Of a stretch of 26,705 bases of DNA, positions 1 to 8,834 are shown piece after piece. A model generated the notes under the pieces. That model was not told the DNA's origin, did no database searches, and saw nothing but the letters and a program-made list of their open reading frames with translations. The DNA lies in the NCBI GenBank assembly GCA_017480395.1, contig JAFVAS010000311.1, positions 1 through 26,705 on the forward strand. The letters run 5' to 3'. This stretch comes from Oscillospiraceae bacterium (GTDB taxonomy: Bacteria; Bacillota; Clostridia; Oscillospirales; Oscillospiraceae). A program made the position numbers and the translations under genes. Position 1 is the stretch's first letter, and the number at the start of each line of letters is the position of its first letter.

Positions 1-154
1 CCGCAGCGAGATACAGGGCTGCCGGTGCGCCCAGGCCTCCGGCGCCGATGATCAGCACCTTGGAGTTGAGCAGCTTCTTCTGCCCCTTGACGCCGACCTC
101 CTTGAGGATGATGTGCCGGGAGTAGCGCTCCAGCTGTTCGTTGGTGAAGGCCAT
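1..154 (-). CDS. ThiF/MoeB/HesA-family (E1-like) sulfur-carrier adenylyltransferase, N-terminal part only (runs off the left edge)
   Basis: Manual translation from ATG at 154: [51 protein letters not shown]. It has the RYSRH..L and GAGGLG motifs of ThiF/MoeB. The ATG directly abuts the TGA of the ThiS-like gene. Confidence 0.93.
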   Translation of the reverse strand, partial: MAFTNEQLERYSRHIILKEVGVKGQKKLLNSKVLIIGAGGLGAPAALYLAA

Positions 155-361
155 TCAGCAGCCACCTCCCATGAAGTAGAGGAACTCCACCTCGTCGCCC
201 TCCTGGAGGATCCGGGTGGTGCGCTCCGCCGTGGCCAGGAATTCATCGTTGATGGTGACGGTGACATAGATGGGGGTCTCCACGTTCTCCGCCTCGATGA
301 GCTGCTCCACGGTGAGTCCCTCGGGATATTCCTTTTTGACGCCTGCAACTGTGATGATCAT
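155..361 (-). CDS. thiS: ThiS/MoaD-family ubiquitin-like sulfur carrier protein (68 aa) ending ...EFLYFMGGGC
   Basis: Size and pattern (I.V.G...N.E.......L..GD.VE....MGGG) match ThiS-like carriers. RBS GAGAGGAG upstream; adjacent to a ThiF-like gene. Confidence 0.9.
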   Translation of the reverse strand: MIITVAGVKKEYPEGLTVEQLIEAENVETPIYVTVTINDEFLATAERTTRILQEGDEVEFLYFMGGGC

Positions 362-381
362 AATTTGTTCTCCTCTCTTGT

Positions 382-627
382 TCAGTCGCCCACCTTGCGG
401 ACGATCAGGTCATAGGTTCCGTCTTCGTTGTGGATGAGCTTCAGGATCTGATGCCCCTCCTCCTTGATGCTGCGCGGTACGTTCTGGACGGGCTCGCCAT
501 CGTTCATATGGATGGACAGGATGTCACCCTCCTCCAGCTCCTCCAGGGCCACCTTCGCCTTGACAAAGGTGACGGGACACACCACGTCGGTGATGTCCAC
601 GGTGTCGGTGATGTTGTAATCAGCCAT
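382..627 (-). CDS. TusA/SirA-family sulfurtransferase (81 aa)
   Basis: MADYNITDTVDITDVVCPVTFVKAKVALEELEEGDILSIHMNDGEPVQNVP has the D....CP motif and TusA fold pattern. Start re-called to ATG 627 (GAGGAGG RBS), overlapping the upstream stop by 8 nt. Confidence 0.9.
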   Translation of the reverse strand: MADYNITDTVDITDVVCPVTFVKAKVALEELEEGDILSIHMNDGEPVQNVPRSIKEEGHQILKLIHNEDGTYDLIVRKVGD

Positions 628-1480
628 GATATGCCTCCTCGATTTTTGCGGTAAAGTCCTCCCAGCCCAGGCGCTCCAGCGTCTTGGCAAAGCGCTCGCC
701 GGGGTTGGCGTGTTCTGCGAAGTAGTCGATGGCGGTGTCCGCCACCCGCCACAGGGTCTCCTCGTCCTCGATCAGGGGGAGCAGCTCGGTGCCCTTCTGG
801 ATGGAGTTGCCGAAGGTGCCGCCGAAGGAGACCAGGAAGCCGCTCTTCCCATGCCACGCCCCGGTGGGACAGGCGGTGACGCAGCGGCCGCAGTGGTTGC
901 ACTGATCGGCGTTCAGCCGGATCTCGCCGTCCTCGATGGTGATGGCCCCCTGGCGGCAGGCCTTCTCGCACACGCCGCAGAGGATGCACTCCTCCTTCAC
1001 CCAGCTCACCGCCATGCCGCCCTTGACGCCCAGGTCGTTCTCCTCGGCCTTGAGGCAGTTGTTCTGGCACCCGGTGACGCCGAATTTGAACTTGTGGGGA
1101 AGCTGGCGGCCAAAGTAGCGCCGGTCCAGCTCGGTGGCGATGTCCAGGGCGTCGATACAGCCGCTGGGACAGCACTTTCCGCCCTGGCAGGCGGTCACCG
1201 TGCGCACCCTGGGGCCGCAGACTCCGGGCTGGACGCCGCCCTCGGCCAACTCCGCCTTCACCGCCTCGATGTCCTCCAGCTGAATGAAGGGGATCTCCAC
1301 TCCCTGCCGGGAGGTGAGGTGAACGTAGTCATGCCCGTATTTCTTCGCCACGGCGGCGATGGTTTGCAGCTGCTCCACCGTCACCGTGCCTCCCACCACC
1401 CGAAGGCGCAGGGAGAAGGTGTTCTTCTGCTTCTGGCGCATAAAACCGCCGGCCTTCAGCGTTGCGTAATCAACAGCCAT
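620..1480 (-). CDS. Small sulfite/nitrite reductase-family protein (siroheme-[4Fe-4S] half-domain plus 2x[4Fe-4S] ferredoxin insert), 286 aa
   Basis: LTSRQG, TACQGGKCCPSGC and KFKFGVTGCQNNC (siroheme/FeS ligand pattern); ferredoxin motifs CILCGVCEKAC and CNHCGRCVTAC. AGGAGG RBS. Confidence 0.88.
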   Translation of the reverse strand: MAVDYATLKAGGFMRQKQKNTFSLRLRVVGGTVTVEQLQTIAAVAKKYGHDYVHLTSRQGVEIPFIQLEDIEAVKAELAEGGVQPGVCGPRVRTVTACQGGKCCPSGCIDALDIATELDRRYFGRQLPHKFKFGVTGCQNNCLKAEENDLGVKGGMAVSWVKEECILCGVCEKACRQGAITIEDGEIRLNADQCNHCGRCVTACPTGAWHGKSGFLVSFGGTFGNSIQKGTELLPLIEDEETLWRVADTAIDYFAEHANPGERFAKTLERLGWEDFTAKIEEAYHG

Positions 1481-1498
1481 ATGTACCCTCCTGTAACA

Positions 1499-3097
1499 TT
1501 AATAGAATGTGTAATTGACCGTATTTTCATAGAGGAGCCGATCCTTCTCCGGGCCGCCCTGGCGCAGGTCGAGAATCAGCTCTCCCCGCAGGCTCTCCCG
1601 CAGCATCCGCTCCGTCTCCGGGTCGAGATAGGTGCCGGAGACCACGGTAATCAGGCCCGCCCGCTGGAGCAGATCGGCGGCAAAGATCATCTGCTCACCG
1701 GCCACCCGGAGGCGCATGGTGTGCATCCCCTGGGACAGCAGCTCCAGCTCGATCTCTCCGGCCTTCCGGTCGTCGTCGGCCAGGATGAAGAACGGGGTCT
1801 GGCCCATGTACTTGGCCCGCACCTCCGGGCTGATCTCCGTCTCGCTCCGGGCGTGGGTGTCAACGACGGTCTCGATGACGCCGCAGGCGCTGGTGGCATT
1901 GGTCACCCGGTCGATGAGGATCAGCTCTCCCATCGTCCGGTGGTTGGAGAAGGTGTCCACCACAATGGGGGTGGACAGCTCGATGGAGCACAGGGCGATC
2001 TCGTTCTTTCGGAGGCTGGAGGCGTTCCGGTGCTCCCCGGTGTTCACGTCCACGATGTAGCGGATGCCGGTGACCTTGCCGGGGATGAGCCGAGTGCCCA
2101 CCTTGACGAACACCGAGTGGGTGTTGATCAGGGCGTCGTCGTCCATCCAGAGCAGGGTTGCCTCAAACCGGCTGGCGGTGTGCAGCGCGGCCCCCCGGGA
2201 GAGCACGCTGCCCCGGGAGACGTCCACCTCCCGATCCAGCTCCACGGTGACCGGCTGGCCCTGTCCGGCGGACTCCACAGGTCTGTCCCCCACCAGAATG
2301 CCCTTGATGGCCGCCTGGGTGCCGCTGGGGAGGATGGTGACCGTCTCCCCCACGGAGATCTCGCCCGACTCGATCTGGCCCTGGAAGCCCCGGAAGGTAT
2401 GATCCGGGCGGCATACCCGCTGAACGGGGAGGTAAAAGCCCTCCTCATGGCTGACGGTGTCCACCTCCACCGTCTCCAGATAGGGCAGCAGCGCCCCGCC
2501 GTCGTACCAGTCCATGATCCGGGAGGGCTGGGTGACATTCTCCCCCGCCGTGGCGGAGAGGGGGATGATTTTGACGTTTTGCAGCCCCAGCTCATTTCTC
2601 AGCTCTCCGATCTGGGACTTGATCTGCTCAAAGGGCTCCCGGGCATAGCCCACCAGGTCCATCTTATTCACGGCGAACACGAAGTACCGAATGCCCATCA
2701 GGGCGCAGATGCGGGCGTGGCGCCGGGTCTGCACCAGCACACCCTTGGAGGCGTCCACCAGGATGATGGCCAGGTCGGCAAAGCTGGCACCCACCGCCAT
2801 ATTCCGGGTGTACTCCTCATGGCCGGGGGTGTCCGCCACAATGAAGCTGCGCCGGTCGGTGGTGAAGTAGCGATAGGCCACGTCGATGGTGATGCCCTGC
2901 TCCCGCTCCGCCATCAGGCCGTCCAGCAGCAGGGAGTAGTCGATCTGGCCCCCCCGGGAGCCAACCCGGCTGTCCAGCTCCAGCGCCTGCTCCTGATCGG
3001 TGTAGAGCAGCTTGGTGTCATACAGGATATGCCCGATGAGGGTGGACTTTCCGTCGTCCACACTGCCGCAGGTGATAAATTTCAACAGTCCGTTCAT
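1499..3097 (-). CDS. cysN: Sulfate adenylyltransferase subunit 1 (GTPase) with a degenerate C-terminal APS-kinase-like remnant
   Basis: GSVDDGKSTLIG, AEREQGITIDVAYRYF, DTPGHEEY, NKMD. Overlaps the cysD stop as TGATG. Confidence 0.96.
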   Translation of the reverse strand: MNGLLKFITCGSVDDGKSTLIGHILYDTKLLYTDQEQALELDSRVGSRGGQIDYSLLLDGLMAEREQGITIDVAYRYFTTDRRSFIVADTPGHEEYTRNMAVGASFADLAIILVDASKGVLVQTRRHARICALMGIRYFVFAVNKMDLVGYAREPFEQIKSQIGELRNELGLQNVKIIPLSATAGENVTQPSRIMDWYDGGALLPYLETVEVDTVSHEEGFYLPVQRVCRPDHTFRGFQGQIESGEISVGETVTILPSGTQAAIKGILVGDRPVESAGQGQPVTVELDREVDVSRGSVLSRGAALHTASRFEATLLWMDDDALINTHSVFVKVGTRLIPGKVTGIRYIVDVNTGEHRNASSLRKNEIALCSIELSTPIVVDTFSNHRTMGELILIDRVTNATSACGVIETVVDTHARSETEISPEVRAKYMGQTPFFILADDDRKAGEIELELLSQGMHTMRLRVAGEQMIFAADLLQRAGLITVVSGTYLDPETERMLRESLRGELILDLRQGGPEKDRLLYENTVNYTFY

Positions 3098-3999
3098 CAG
3101 AAATACCCCTCCCGCTTGCGCTTCTCCATACTCGCCTCGCCGCCGTCCTGGTCGATGACCCGGCTGTTGCGCTCGCTGGTGACGGCGCTCAGGGTCTCCT
3201 CAATGATGGCGTCCAGGGTGTCCGCCGTGGACAGCACGCCCCCGGTCAGGGGGTAGCAGCCCAGGGTGCGGAAGCGCACGCTCTTATATTCCGGCGTCTC
3301 CCCGGGCAGAAGGGGCAGCCGATCGTCGTCCACCATGATGATGTTTCCGTCCCGATAGACCACCGGGCGCTCGGCGGCGAAGTAGAGGGGAACGATCTCG
3401 ATCTGCTCCCGCCGGATGTACTCCCAGATGTCCTTTTCCGTCCAGTTGGAGATGGGGAAGACCCGGATGCTCTCCCCCCGCTTGATGCGGGTGTTGTAGA
3501 GCTTCCACATCTCCGGGCGCTGGTTTTTGGGGTCCCAGGCCTGCTCGGCGTTGCGGAAGGAGAAGATGCGCTCCTTGGCCCGGGACTTCTCCTCGTCCCG
3601 GCGGCCGCCGCCAAAGGCGGCGGTGAAGCCGTACTGGGTCAGGGCCTGCTTGAGGGCCTGGGTCTTCATGATGTCCGTGTAGACGGAGCCGTGGTCAAAG
3701 GGGTTGATGCCCTGGGCCCGGCCCTCCTCGTTGGTGTAGACCAACAGGTCAAGGCCGTACTTCTCCGCCGTCCGATCCCGGAACTCGATCATCTCCCGGA
3801 ACTTCCAGCCCGTGTCGATGTGCAGAAACGGGAAGGGCGGCTTTTCCGGGTAGAACGCCTTGCGGGCCAGGTGAAGCATCACGGAGCTGTCCTTGCCGAT
3901 GGAGTAGAGCATCACCGGCTTTTCGCACTCCGCCGCCACCTCCCGGATGATGTAGATGGCCTCCGCCTCCAGCTTGTCAAGATGCGATAATTCCTGCAT
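3097..3999 (-). CDS. cysD: Sulfate adenylyltransferase subunit 2
   Basis: [51 protein letters not shown]. Confidence 0.97.
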   Translation of the reverse strand: MQELSHLDKLEAEAIYIIREVAAECEKPVMLYSIGKDSSVMLHLARKAFYPEKPPFPFLHIDTGWKFREMIEFRDRTAEKYGLDLLVYTNEEGRAQGINPFDHGSVYTDIMKTQALKQALTQYGFTAAFGGGRRDEEKSRAKERIFSFRNAEQAWDPKNQRPEMWKLYNTRIKRGESIRVFPISNWTEKDIWEYIRREQIEIVPLYFAAERPVVYRDGNIIMVDDDRLPLLPGETPEYKSVRFRTLGCYPLTGGVLSTADTLDAIIEETLSAVTSERNSRVIDQDGGEASMEKRKREGYF

Positions 4000-4011
4000 G
4001 ATATCCTCTCC

Positions 4012-4326
4012 CTAGTACTTATTTGCGCTGCGCCGGTCCACGGTGATGGTGACCGGCGGCTCTCCGGGCCGGGTGATGACCCAATGGGTCAGATCCCCTG
4101 CGCTGCGAACCTGCATCAGGCCGCCCCGCCCTCCGATATCAGCCCCGAGATAGTAGTAGATGGCGCCGTGGGCGCACTCCTTCAGGCAGGAGGCGCAGCC
4201 CCAGCACTCCTCGGGGCGCTTCAGATAGGCTCTGCCCTGGGCATCAGCGCGGATCAGGTTGCCGGGACACACCTCCCGGCAGAGTCCGCAGCCGACACAG
4301 GCTTCGCGGTCAATCCGTATGCTCAT
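4012..4326 (-). CDS. aprB: Adenylylsulfate reductase beta subunit (2x[4Fe-4S] ferredoxin), 104 aa
   Basis: CVGCGLCREVCPG and CWGCASCLKEC. Start re-called to ATG 4326 (AAGGAGG RBS), overlapping the end of aprA. Confidence 0.88.
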   Translation of the reverse strand: MSIRIDREACVGCGLCREVCPGNLIRADAQGRAYLKRPEECWGCASCLKECAHGAIYYYLGADIGGRGGLMQVRSAGDLTHWVITRPGEPPVTITVDRRSANKY

Positions 4327-5998
4327 AGGCACCCTCCTTTACCAGCTCCCGGCGAAATACCCGGATCTGTCCATCGACCAGCCGGGAGTTGACGTAGCGC
4401 TCCTCCTCGGCCCGGGGGGCGGGATAGTCCGTGTGGATGGCAAAGCCGGGCCATCGGGTCTCCCTCCGCTCCAGCAGATGGGCGATCAGGGTCTGACACA
4501 CCGTCAGCCGGTCGGTCAGCTCGTAGATGTGGACAAGCTCGTCCATGTCCTCCGCCCGCAGCGTTTCGGCCAGCGCGGCCAGCGACGCGATCTGCGATCG
4601 GGCCAGGGACAGCTGGTTGGCGTTGTAGCGGTAGCCGGTGCGGATGCCCCCGGCGTACTCGTCCATCACCTTCTGCATGGCCTCCTCCAGGGCGAACACG
4701 TCAAAGGCTTCGCCGGATTTCGCCGCAAGGCGGGACTGGTATTCCTCCAGCACCGGCTGGGCCAGCGCACGGAAATCGGCCTGTGAACCGTCGGACTGTT
4801 CGCCGAGATCGTCCAGCACCGCCTCGGCGGCGATGGCCCCCTCGGCCAGAGCGCCGGTGACGAACTTCTTGGGCGCGCCGCCGGAGACGTCCCCCGCGGC
4901 GTACAGGCCGGGAACCGTGGTGCGGCGGCGGGTATCCACCCAGAAGCCGCTGGCGGTGTGACCGCCGACGATGTAGGGCTCGGTGCCCTCCACCTCCACG
5001 TTCTGCCGGGAGGGCAGGCTGCCGCTCTCGATCCACTTCAGGGTCTGGGCGGGGGCCATGTTGAGGTAGGCCTTGAGGAGATCCTCCTCCTGCTGGGCCG
5101 AGATGCCCTCGGTGCGCAGGTAGCAGGGGCCGCGGCCCTCCCTGGCCTCATTGGACGCGCCATAGGCCCGGCCGGAGGTGGACAGGCCGTAGCGCTGCTC
5201 AAACACCTCTCCAAGGGCGTTGACCTCCCTGGCCCCGGCCCCCAGGGCGATGGTGCCGGTGGGGGCAATGGTATCCTTGCAGCGCTGGGCCACAAAGCGC
5301 ATCTCGAAGCTGGTCATCTCCGCCCCGGCCCGGATGCCCATGGCATAGCCCGCCCCGGTGTTGAAGGGCGGATACCACATTTTATGCCGGGAGAAGCCCG
5401 GATTGTTGGGGCGGTACAGCCCGGCGGCACCGCCGGTGGCGATGAGCACCGCCCGGGCGGAGATGGCATAGGCCTGCTCCTCTAACACAGAAAAGCCCGC
5501 CGCCCCCACGACCCGTCCGGCGTCCAGCAGAAGCTGCGTCATATTCAAATGGTTCAGAACGCGAACATTCCCATACCGACGCACCTGTGCTGCCAGTATG
5601 GGTTTGATGTTCTCCCCATTGATCTTGATATTCTGTTTCCCCCGGGAGACATAGCGCCCCCGCTCGTCCTTCTGAATGACCAGGCCCATCTGCTCCAGGT
5701 CGGCGGTGGCCTCGTTGAACCGCTCCGCCATAGTGCGCACCAGGTCGTCCCGGATGATCCCCTCGGCGTCCCAGCGGACAAACTCCAGGTAATCCTGAAC
5801 CGTCTGCCCCTCGGTGATGTAGGCATTCAGGGCGTTCACTCCGGCTGCCAGGCAGCCGGAGCGCTTGATATTGGCCTTTTCGGCAATGAGAATTTGAAGC
5901 TCCGGCGATCGCCGGGCGGCGGTGATGGCGGCATAACAGCCCGCCGTGCCGCCGCCGATGATCAGCAGATCGCAGGTCAGATATTGTTGTTTCATCAT
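4310..5998 (-). CDS. aprA: Adenylylsulfate reductase alpha subunit (FAD flavoprotein)
   Basis: GGGTAG FAD motif, RSGCLAAGVNALN, WYPPFNTG, MTSFEMRF, R.ETRWPG. Paired with aprB inside a cys cluster. Confidence 0.92.
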   Translation of the reverse strand: MMKQQYLTCDLLIIGGGTAGCYAAITAARRSPELQILIAEKANIKRSGCLAAGVNALNAYITEGQTVQDYLEFVRWDAEGIIRDDLVRTMAERFNEATADLEQMGLVIQKDERGRYVSRGKQNIKINGENIKPILAAQVRRYGNVRVLNHLNMTQLLLDAGRVVGAAGFSVLEEQAYAISARAVLIATGGAAGLYRPNNPGFSRHKMWYPPFNTGAGYAMGIRAGAEMTSFEMRFVAQRCKDTIAPTGTIALGAGAREVNALGEVFEQRYGLSTSGRAYGASNEAREGRGPCYLRTEGISAQQEEDLLKAYLNMAPAQTLKWIESGSLPSRQNVEVEGTEPYIVGGHTASGFWVDTRRRTTVPGLYAAGDVSGGAPKKFVTGALAEGAIAAEAVLDDLGEQSDGSQADFRALAQPVLEEYQSRLAAKSGEAFDVFALEEAMQKVMDEYAGGIRTGYRYNANQLSLARSQIASLAALAETLRAEDMDELVHIYELTDRLTVCQTLIAHLLERRETRWPGFAIHTDYPAPRAEEERYVNSRLVDGQIRVFRRELVKEGAYEHTD

Positions 5999-6001
5999 AG
6001 G

Positions 6002-7075
6002 TCAGATCACGACGCTTTCCCGCTTGAGGGACTGGTTGTACTCCATGGTCACCCGGTCTCCGTCCACCACAAAGAGCCGGTAGATGAAGACGTCCACCAC
6101 CTCGCCGACCTCAACAAAGGGATCGTTGATGCTCCGGATGGCGGAGATCAGATTGTCATGGAGCCGCACCCGAATCTCCAGGTTGCTGCCCCGGAAGATG
6201 ATGTCCTCCACCACGCCCTCTTCCGCGGAGCGGGAGAACTGGACACTCTCTCCTTTCTTGAAAATGCTGATGAACTCAGGCCGGAGAATGGCCACGGTGT
6301 CCGGGCCGCCCCGGGCAAAATACTGGAACTGGTCGTAATTCTTCACCGGGATGGAGTTGCCGATGAACTGCACCACAAAGGGGGTGGCGGGGTTGGCGTA
6401 GAGCTCCTGGGGGGTGCCCGCCTGCTCCACCCGGCCCTGGTTGGTGACGATGATGTCGTCCGCCACCTCGATGGCCTCATCCTGGTCGTGGGTGACGAAG
6501 ATGCTGGTGATGCCGATCTGGGTGATCATCTCCCGCAGCCAGGTGCGCAGCTCCAGCCGGACCTTGGCGTCGATGGCGGCAAAGGGCTCATCCAGCAGCA
6601 GAATCTGGGGGTTGGGGGCCAGCGCCCGGGCGAAGGCCACCCGCTGCCGCTGACCGCCGGAGAGCTGGCTCGGATAGCGCTTCTCCAGCCCCTCGCAGTT
6701 GATGAGCTTCAGCAGCTCGGCCACCCGCTCCTTGATCTCATTCTCCGGGGTCTTCTTGACCCGCAGGCCGAAGGCGATGTTGTCATAAACCGTCATGTAG
6801 CGGAACAGGGCGTAGCTCTGAAACACGAAGCCGATGCCGCGCTCGCTGCCGGGGATGTTGTTGACCACCTTGCCGTCGATCAGGATCTCCCCGGAGTCGG
6901 GGTGCTCCAGCCCGGCGATCATCCGGAGGATGGTGGTCTTTCCGCTGCCGGAGGGGCCCAGCAGCGCCACCAGGCGGCCCTTGGGGATCTGAATGTTGAT
7001 GTCCTTGGACGCTTGAAAGCTGCCATAATGCTTGTTGATGCCGCGCAGCTCAACGTAATTTGCGTTGTCACTCAT
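6002..7075 (-). CDS. cysA: Sulfate/thiosulfate ABC transporter ATP-binding subunit
   Basis: Walker A GPSGSGKT, LSGGQRQRVA signature, LLLDEPF Walker B, TOBE-like tail; context. Confidence 0.94.
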   Translation of the reverse strand: MSDNANYVELRGINKHYGSFQASKDINIQIPKGRLVALLGPSGSGKTTILRMIAGLEHPDSGEILIDGKVVNNIPGSERGIGFVFQSYALFRYMTVYDNIAFGLRVKKTPENEIKERVAELLKLINCEGLEKRYPSQLSGGQRQRVAFARALAPNPQILLLDEPFAAIDAKVRLELRTWLREMITQIGITSIFVTHDQDEAIEVADDIIVTNQGRVEQAGTPQELYANPATPFVVQFIGNSIPVKNYDQFQYFARGGPDTVAILRPEFISIFKKGESVQFSRSAEEGVVEDIIFRGSNLEIRVRLHDNLISAIRSINDPFVEVGEVVDVFIYRLFVVDGDRVTMEYNQSLKRESVVI

Positions 7076-7093
7076 GGAGATACCTCCCTTGAA

Positions 7094-7924
7094 TCAGTAA
7101 TGGATTTCCGCTTCCTTGTTGCCCCGGCGCTCCAGCCAGACCCGCAGGGCCAGCACGATAATCGCCAGAATCACCAGGATGGAGGAGGCGGCGAAGGCCC
7201 CCGTGAAGTCATAGCCCTGATAGAGCAATTCAATGTAGAGGGGCAGGGTGTTGGTCTTGCCCCGCAGATGGCCGGACAGAACGGAGACCGCTCCAAACTC
7301 GCCCATGGCCCGGGCGGTGCAGAGGACAATGCCGTAGAGCAGGGCCCATTTGATGTGGGGCAGGGTCACCTTGCGGAAGATGGTGAAGGTGCCCGCGCCC
7401 ATGAGGGCGGCGGCCTCCTCCTCGTCGGTGCCCTGGGCCGTCAGCACCGGGATCAGCTCCCGGGAGATAAAGGGGAAGGTCACGAAGATCGTGGCCAGGA
7501 CGATGCCCGGCACGGCGAAGATGATCTGAATGCCCCAGCCGTCCAGAATGGGATACAGAAAGCTCTGACGGCCGAAGGTCAGCACATAGATCAGGCCGGC
7601 GATGATGGGGGACACCGTCACAGGCAGGTCAATGAAGGTCGAGATGACCTTCTTGCCCTTGAAGGCGAATTTGGTCAGGCACCAGGCCGCAGCAATGCCG
7701 AAGATGGTGTTGACCACCACCGCCCAGATCGTCGCCCGGATGGTGAGCAGCGCCGCCTTGATGGCGTAGGGGTCGGTGATAGAGGCGATGTAGCCGCCGA
7801 TGCCGTCCCGCAGAGCGGTGATGACAATATAGAACAGGGGCAGCAGCAGGAACACCGCCAGGAAAATGACGACAAGGATGATCAGCACCCACTTAAGGGG
7901 GCCGCTGTTTTTACGCAATTCCAT
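7094..7924 (-). CDS. cysW: Sulfate ABC transporter permease CysW
   Basis: IDLP..VSP.IAGL, EEAA..MGA, RAMGEFGAVSVLSG, TLPL. AAGGAGG RBS. Confidence 0.94.
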   Translation of the reverse strand: MELRKNSGPLKWVLIILVVIFLAVFLLLPLFYIVITALRDGIGGYIASITDPYAIKAALLTIRATIWAVVVNTIFGIAAAWCLTKFAFKGKKVISTFIDLPVTVSPIIAGLIYVLTFGRQSFLYPILDGWGIQIIFAVPGIVLATIFVTFPFISRELIPVLTAQGTDEEEAAALMGAGTFTIFRKVTLPHIKWALLYGIVLCTARAMGEFGAVSVLSGHLRGKTNTLPLYIELLYQGYDFTGAFAASSILVILAIIVLALRVWLERRGNKEAEIHY

Positions 7925-7937
7925 AATCGGTTCCTCC

Positions 7938-8774
7938 TTATGCCAGGCCGGAGACCCGCCGGGAGACCACGCTCTGCAAAATGGCGTTCACCGACAGGAT
8001 GATGAAGGCGATGGCCAGCATGACCAGAGCGATGGAGGTGGCCGCAGCGTAGTCGAATTCCTGCAGCTCCGACATGATGAGCAGCGGGGCGATCTCCGTC
8101 TCATAGGGGGTGTTGCCGGCGATGAACACCACGCTGCCGTACTCGCCGATGCTGCGGGCAAAGGCCAGGGTGAAGCCGGAGATCAGGGCGGGGAGGATCT
8201 CCGGGAAGATCACCTTCCGGAAGGTGGTCTTTCGGTCGGCACCCAGGATCAGGGCCGCCTCCTCGTACTGGATGTCGATCTTCTCCAGCACCGGCTGGAC
8301 GGCCCGCACCACAAAGGGGATGCCGATAAAGATCAGGGCGATGGTGATGCCCAGCCGGGTGTAGGCAATGCGGATGCCGAAGACATTGTAGAAGAACTTT
8401 CCCACCCAGCCGTTGGTGGTGGTCAGATGGGTCAGGGAGATGCCCGCCACCGCCGTGGGCAGGGCAAAGGGCAGCTCAATGATGCCGTCGATGAATTTCT
8501 TGCCGGGAAAGTCATACCGCACCAGAACCCAGGCCATGATGAGGCCCATGACGGCGTTGATGAGGGCCGCAACCAGGGCCGTGGAGATGCTCACCCAATA
8601 GGCCGAGAGGATGCGGGGCCGGGTGATGGTATACCAGAACTCGGAGAAGGAGAGCTGGGCCGTGAACACCACCAGGGAGCACAGGGGGATCAGCACCACC
8701 AGGCTCAGAATGGAGATGGTCACGCCGAAGCTGAGTCCGAAGCCCGGTATGATGCTCTTGCGTGTTTTCTTCAT
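7938..8774 (-). CDS. cysT: Sulfate ABC transporter permease CysT (CysU)
   Basis: ELPFALPTAVAGISL, PFVVRAVQPVL, EEAALILGA, RSIGEYGSVVFIAGN. Confidence 0.94.
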   Translation of the reverse strand: MKKTRKSIIPGFGLSFGVTISILSLVVLIPLCSLVVFTAQLSFSEFWYTITRPRILSAYWVSISTALVAALINAVMGLIMAWVLVRYDFPGKKFIDGIIELPFALPTAVAGISLTHLTTTNGWVGKFFYNVFGIRIAYTRLGITIALIFIGIPFVVRAVQPVLEKIDIQYEEAALILGADRKTTFRKVIFPEILPALISGFTLAFARSIGEYGSVVFIAGNTPYETEIAPLLIMSELQEFDYAAATSIALVMLAIAFIILSVNAILQSVVSRRVSGLA

Positions 8775-8796
8775 CGGATCAAACCCTTTCGCTGTT

Positions 8797-8827
8797 TTGC
8801 CGGAGGGGGGACAGCCCCCTCCGGCAA
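8797..8827. repeat. 13-bp perfect inverted repeat between sbp and cysT (REP-like / mRNA-stabilising hairpin)
   Basis: TTGCCGGAGGGGG-gacag-CCCCCTCCGGCAA. There is no U-tract on the operon (minus) strand. Confidence 0.75.
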
Positions 8828-8834
8828 GGGCGGA

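Noticed and set aside
155-157. TGA after the ThiS Cys as selenocysteine or read-through fusion to ThiF (the next ATG is in frame)
   Set aside because: In-frame abutment is real, but I see no SECIS-like hairpin downstream, and ThiS needs a free C-terminus. Translational coupling is the simpler reading.
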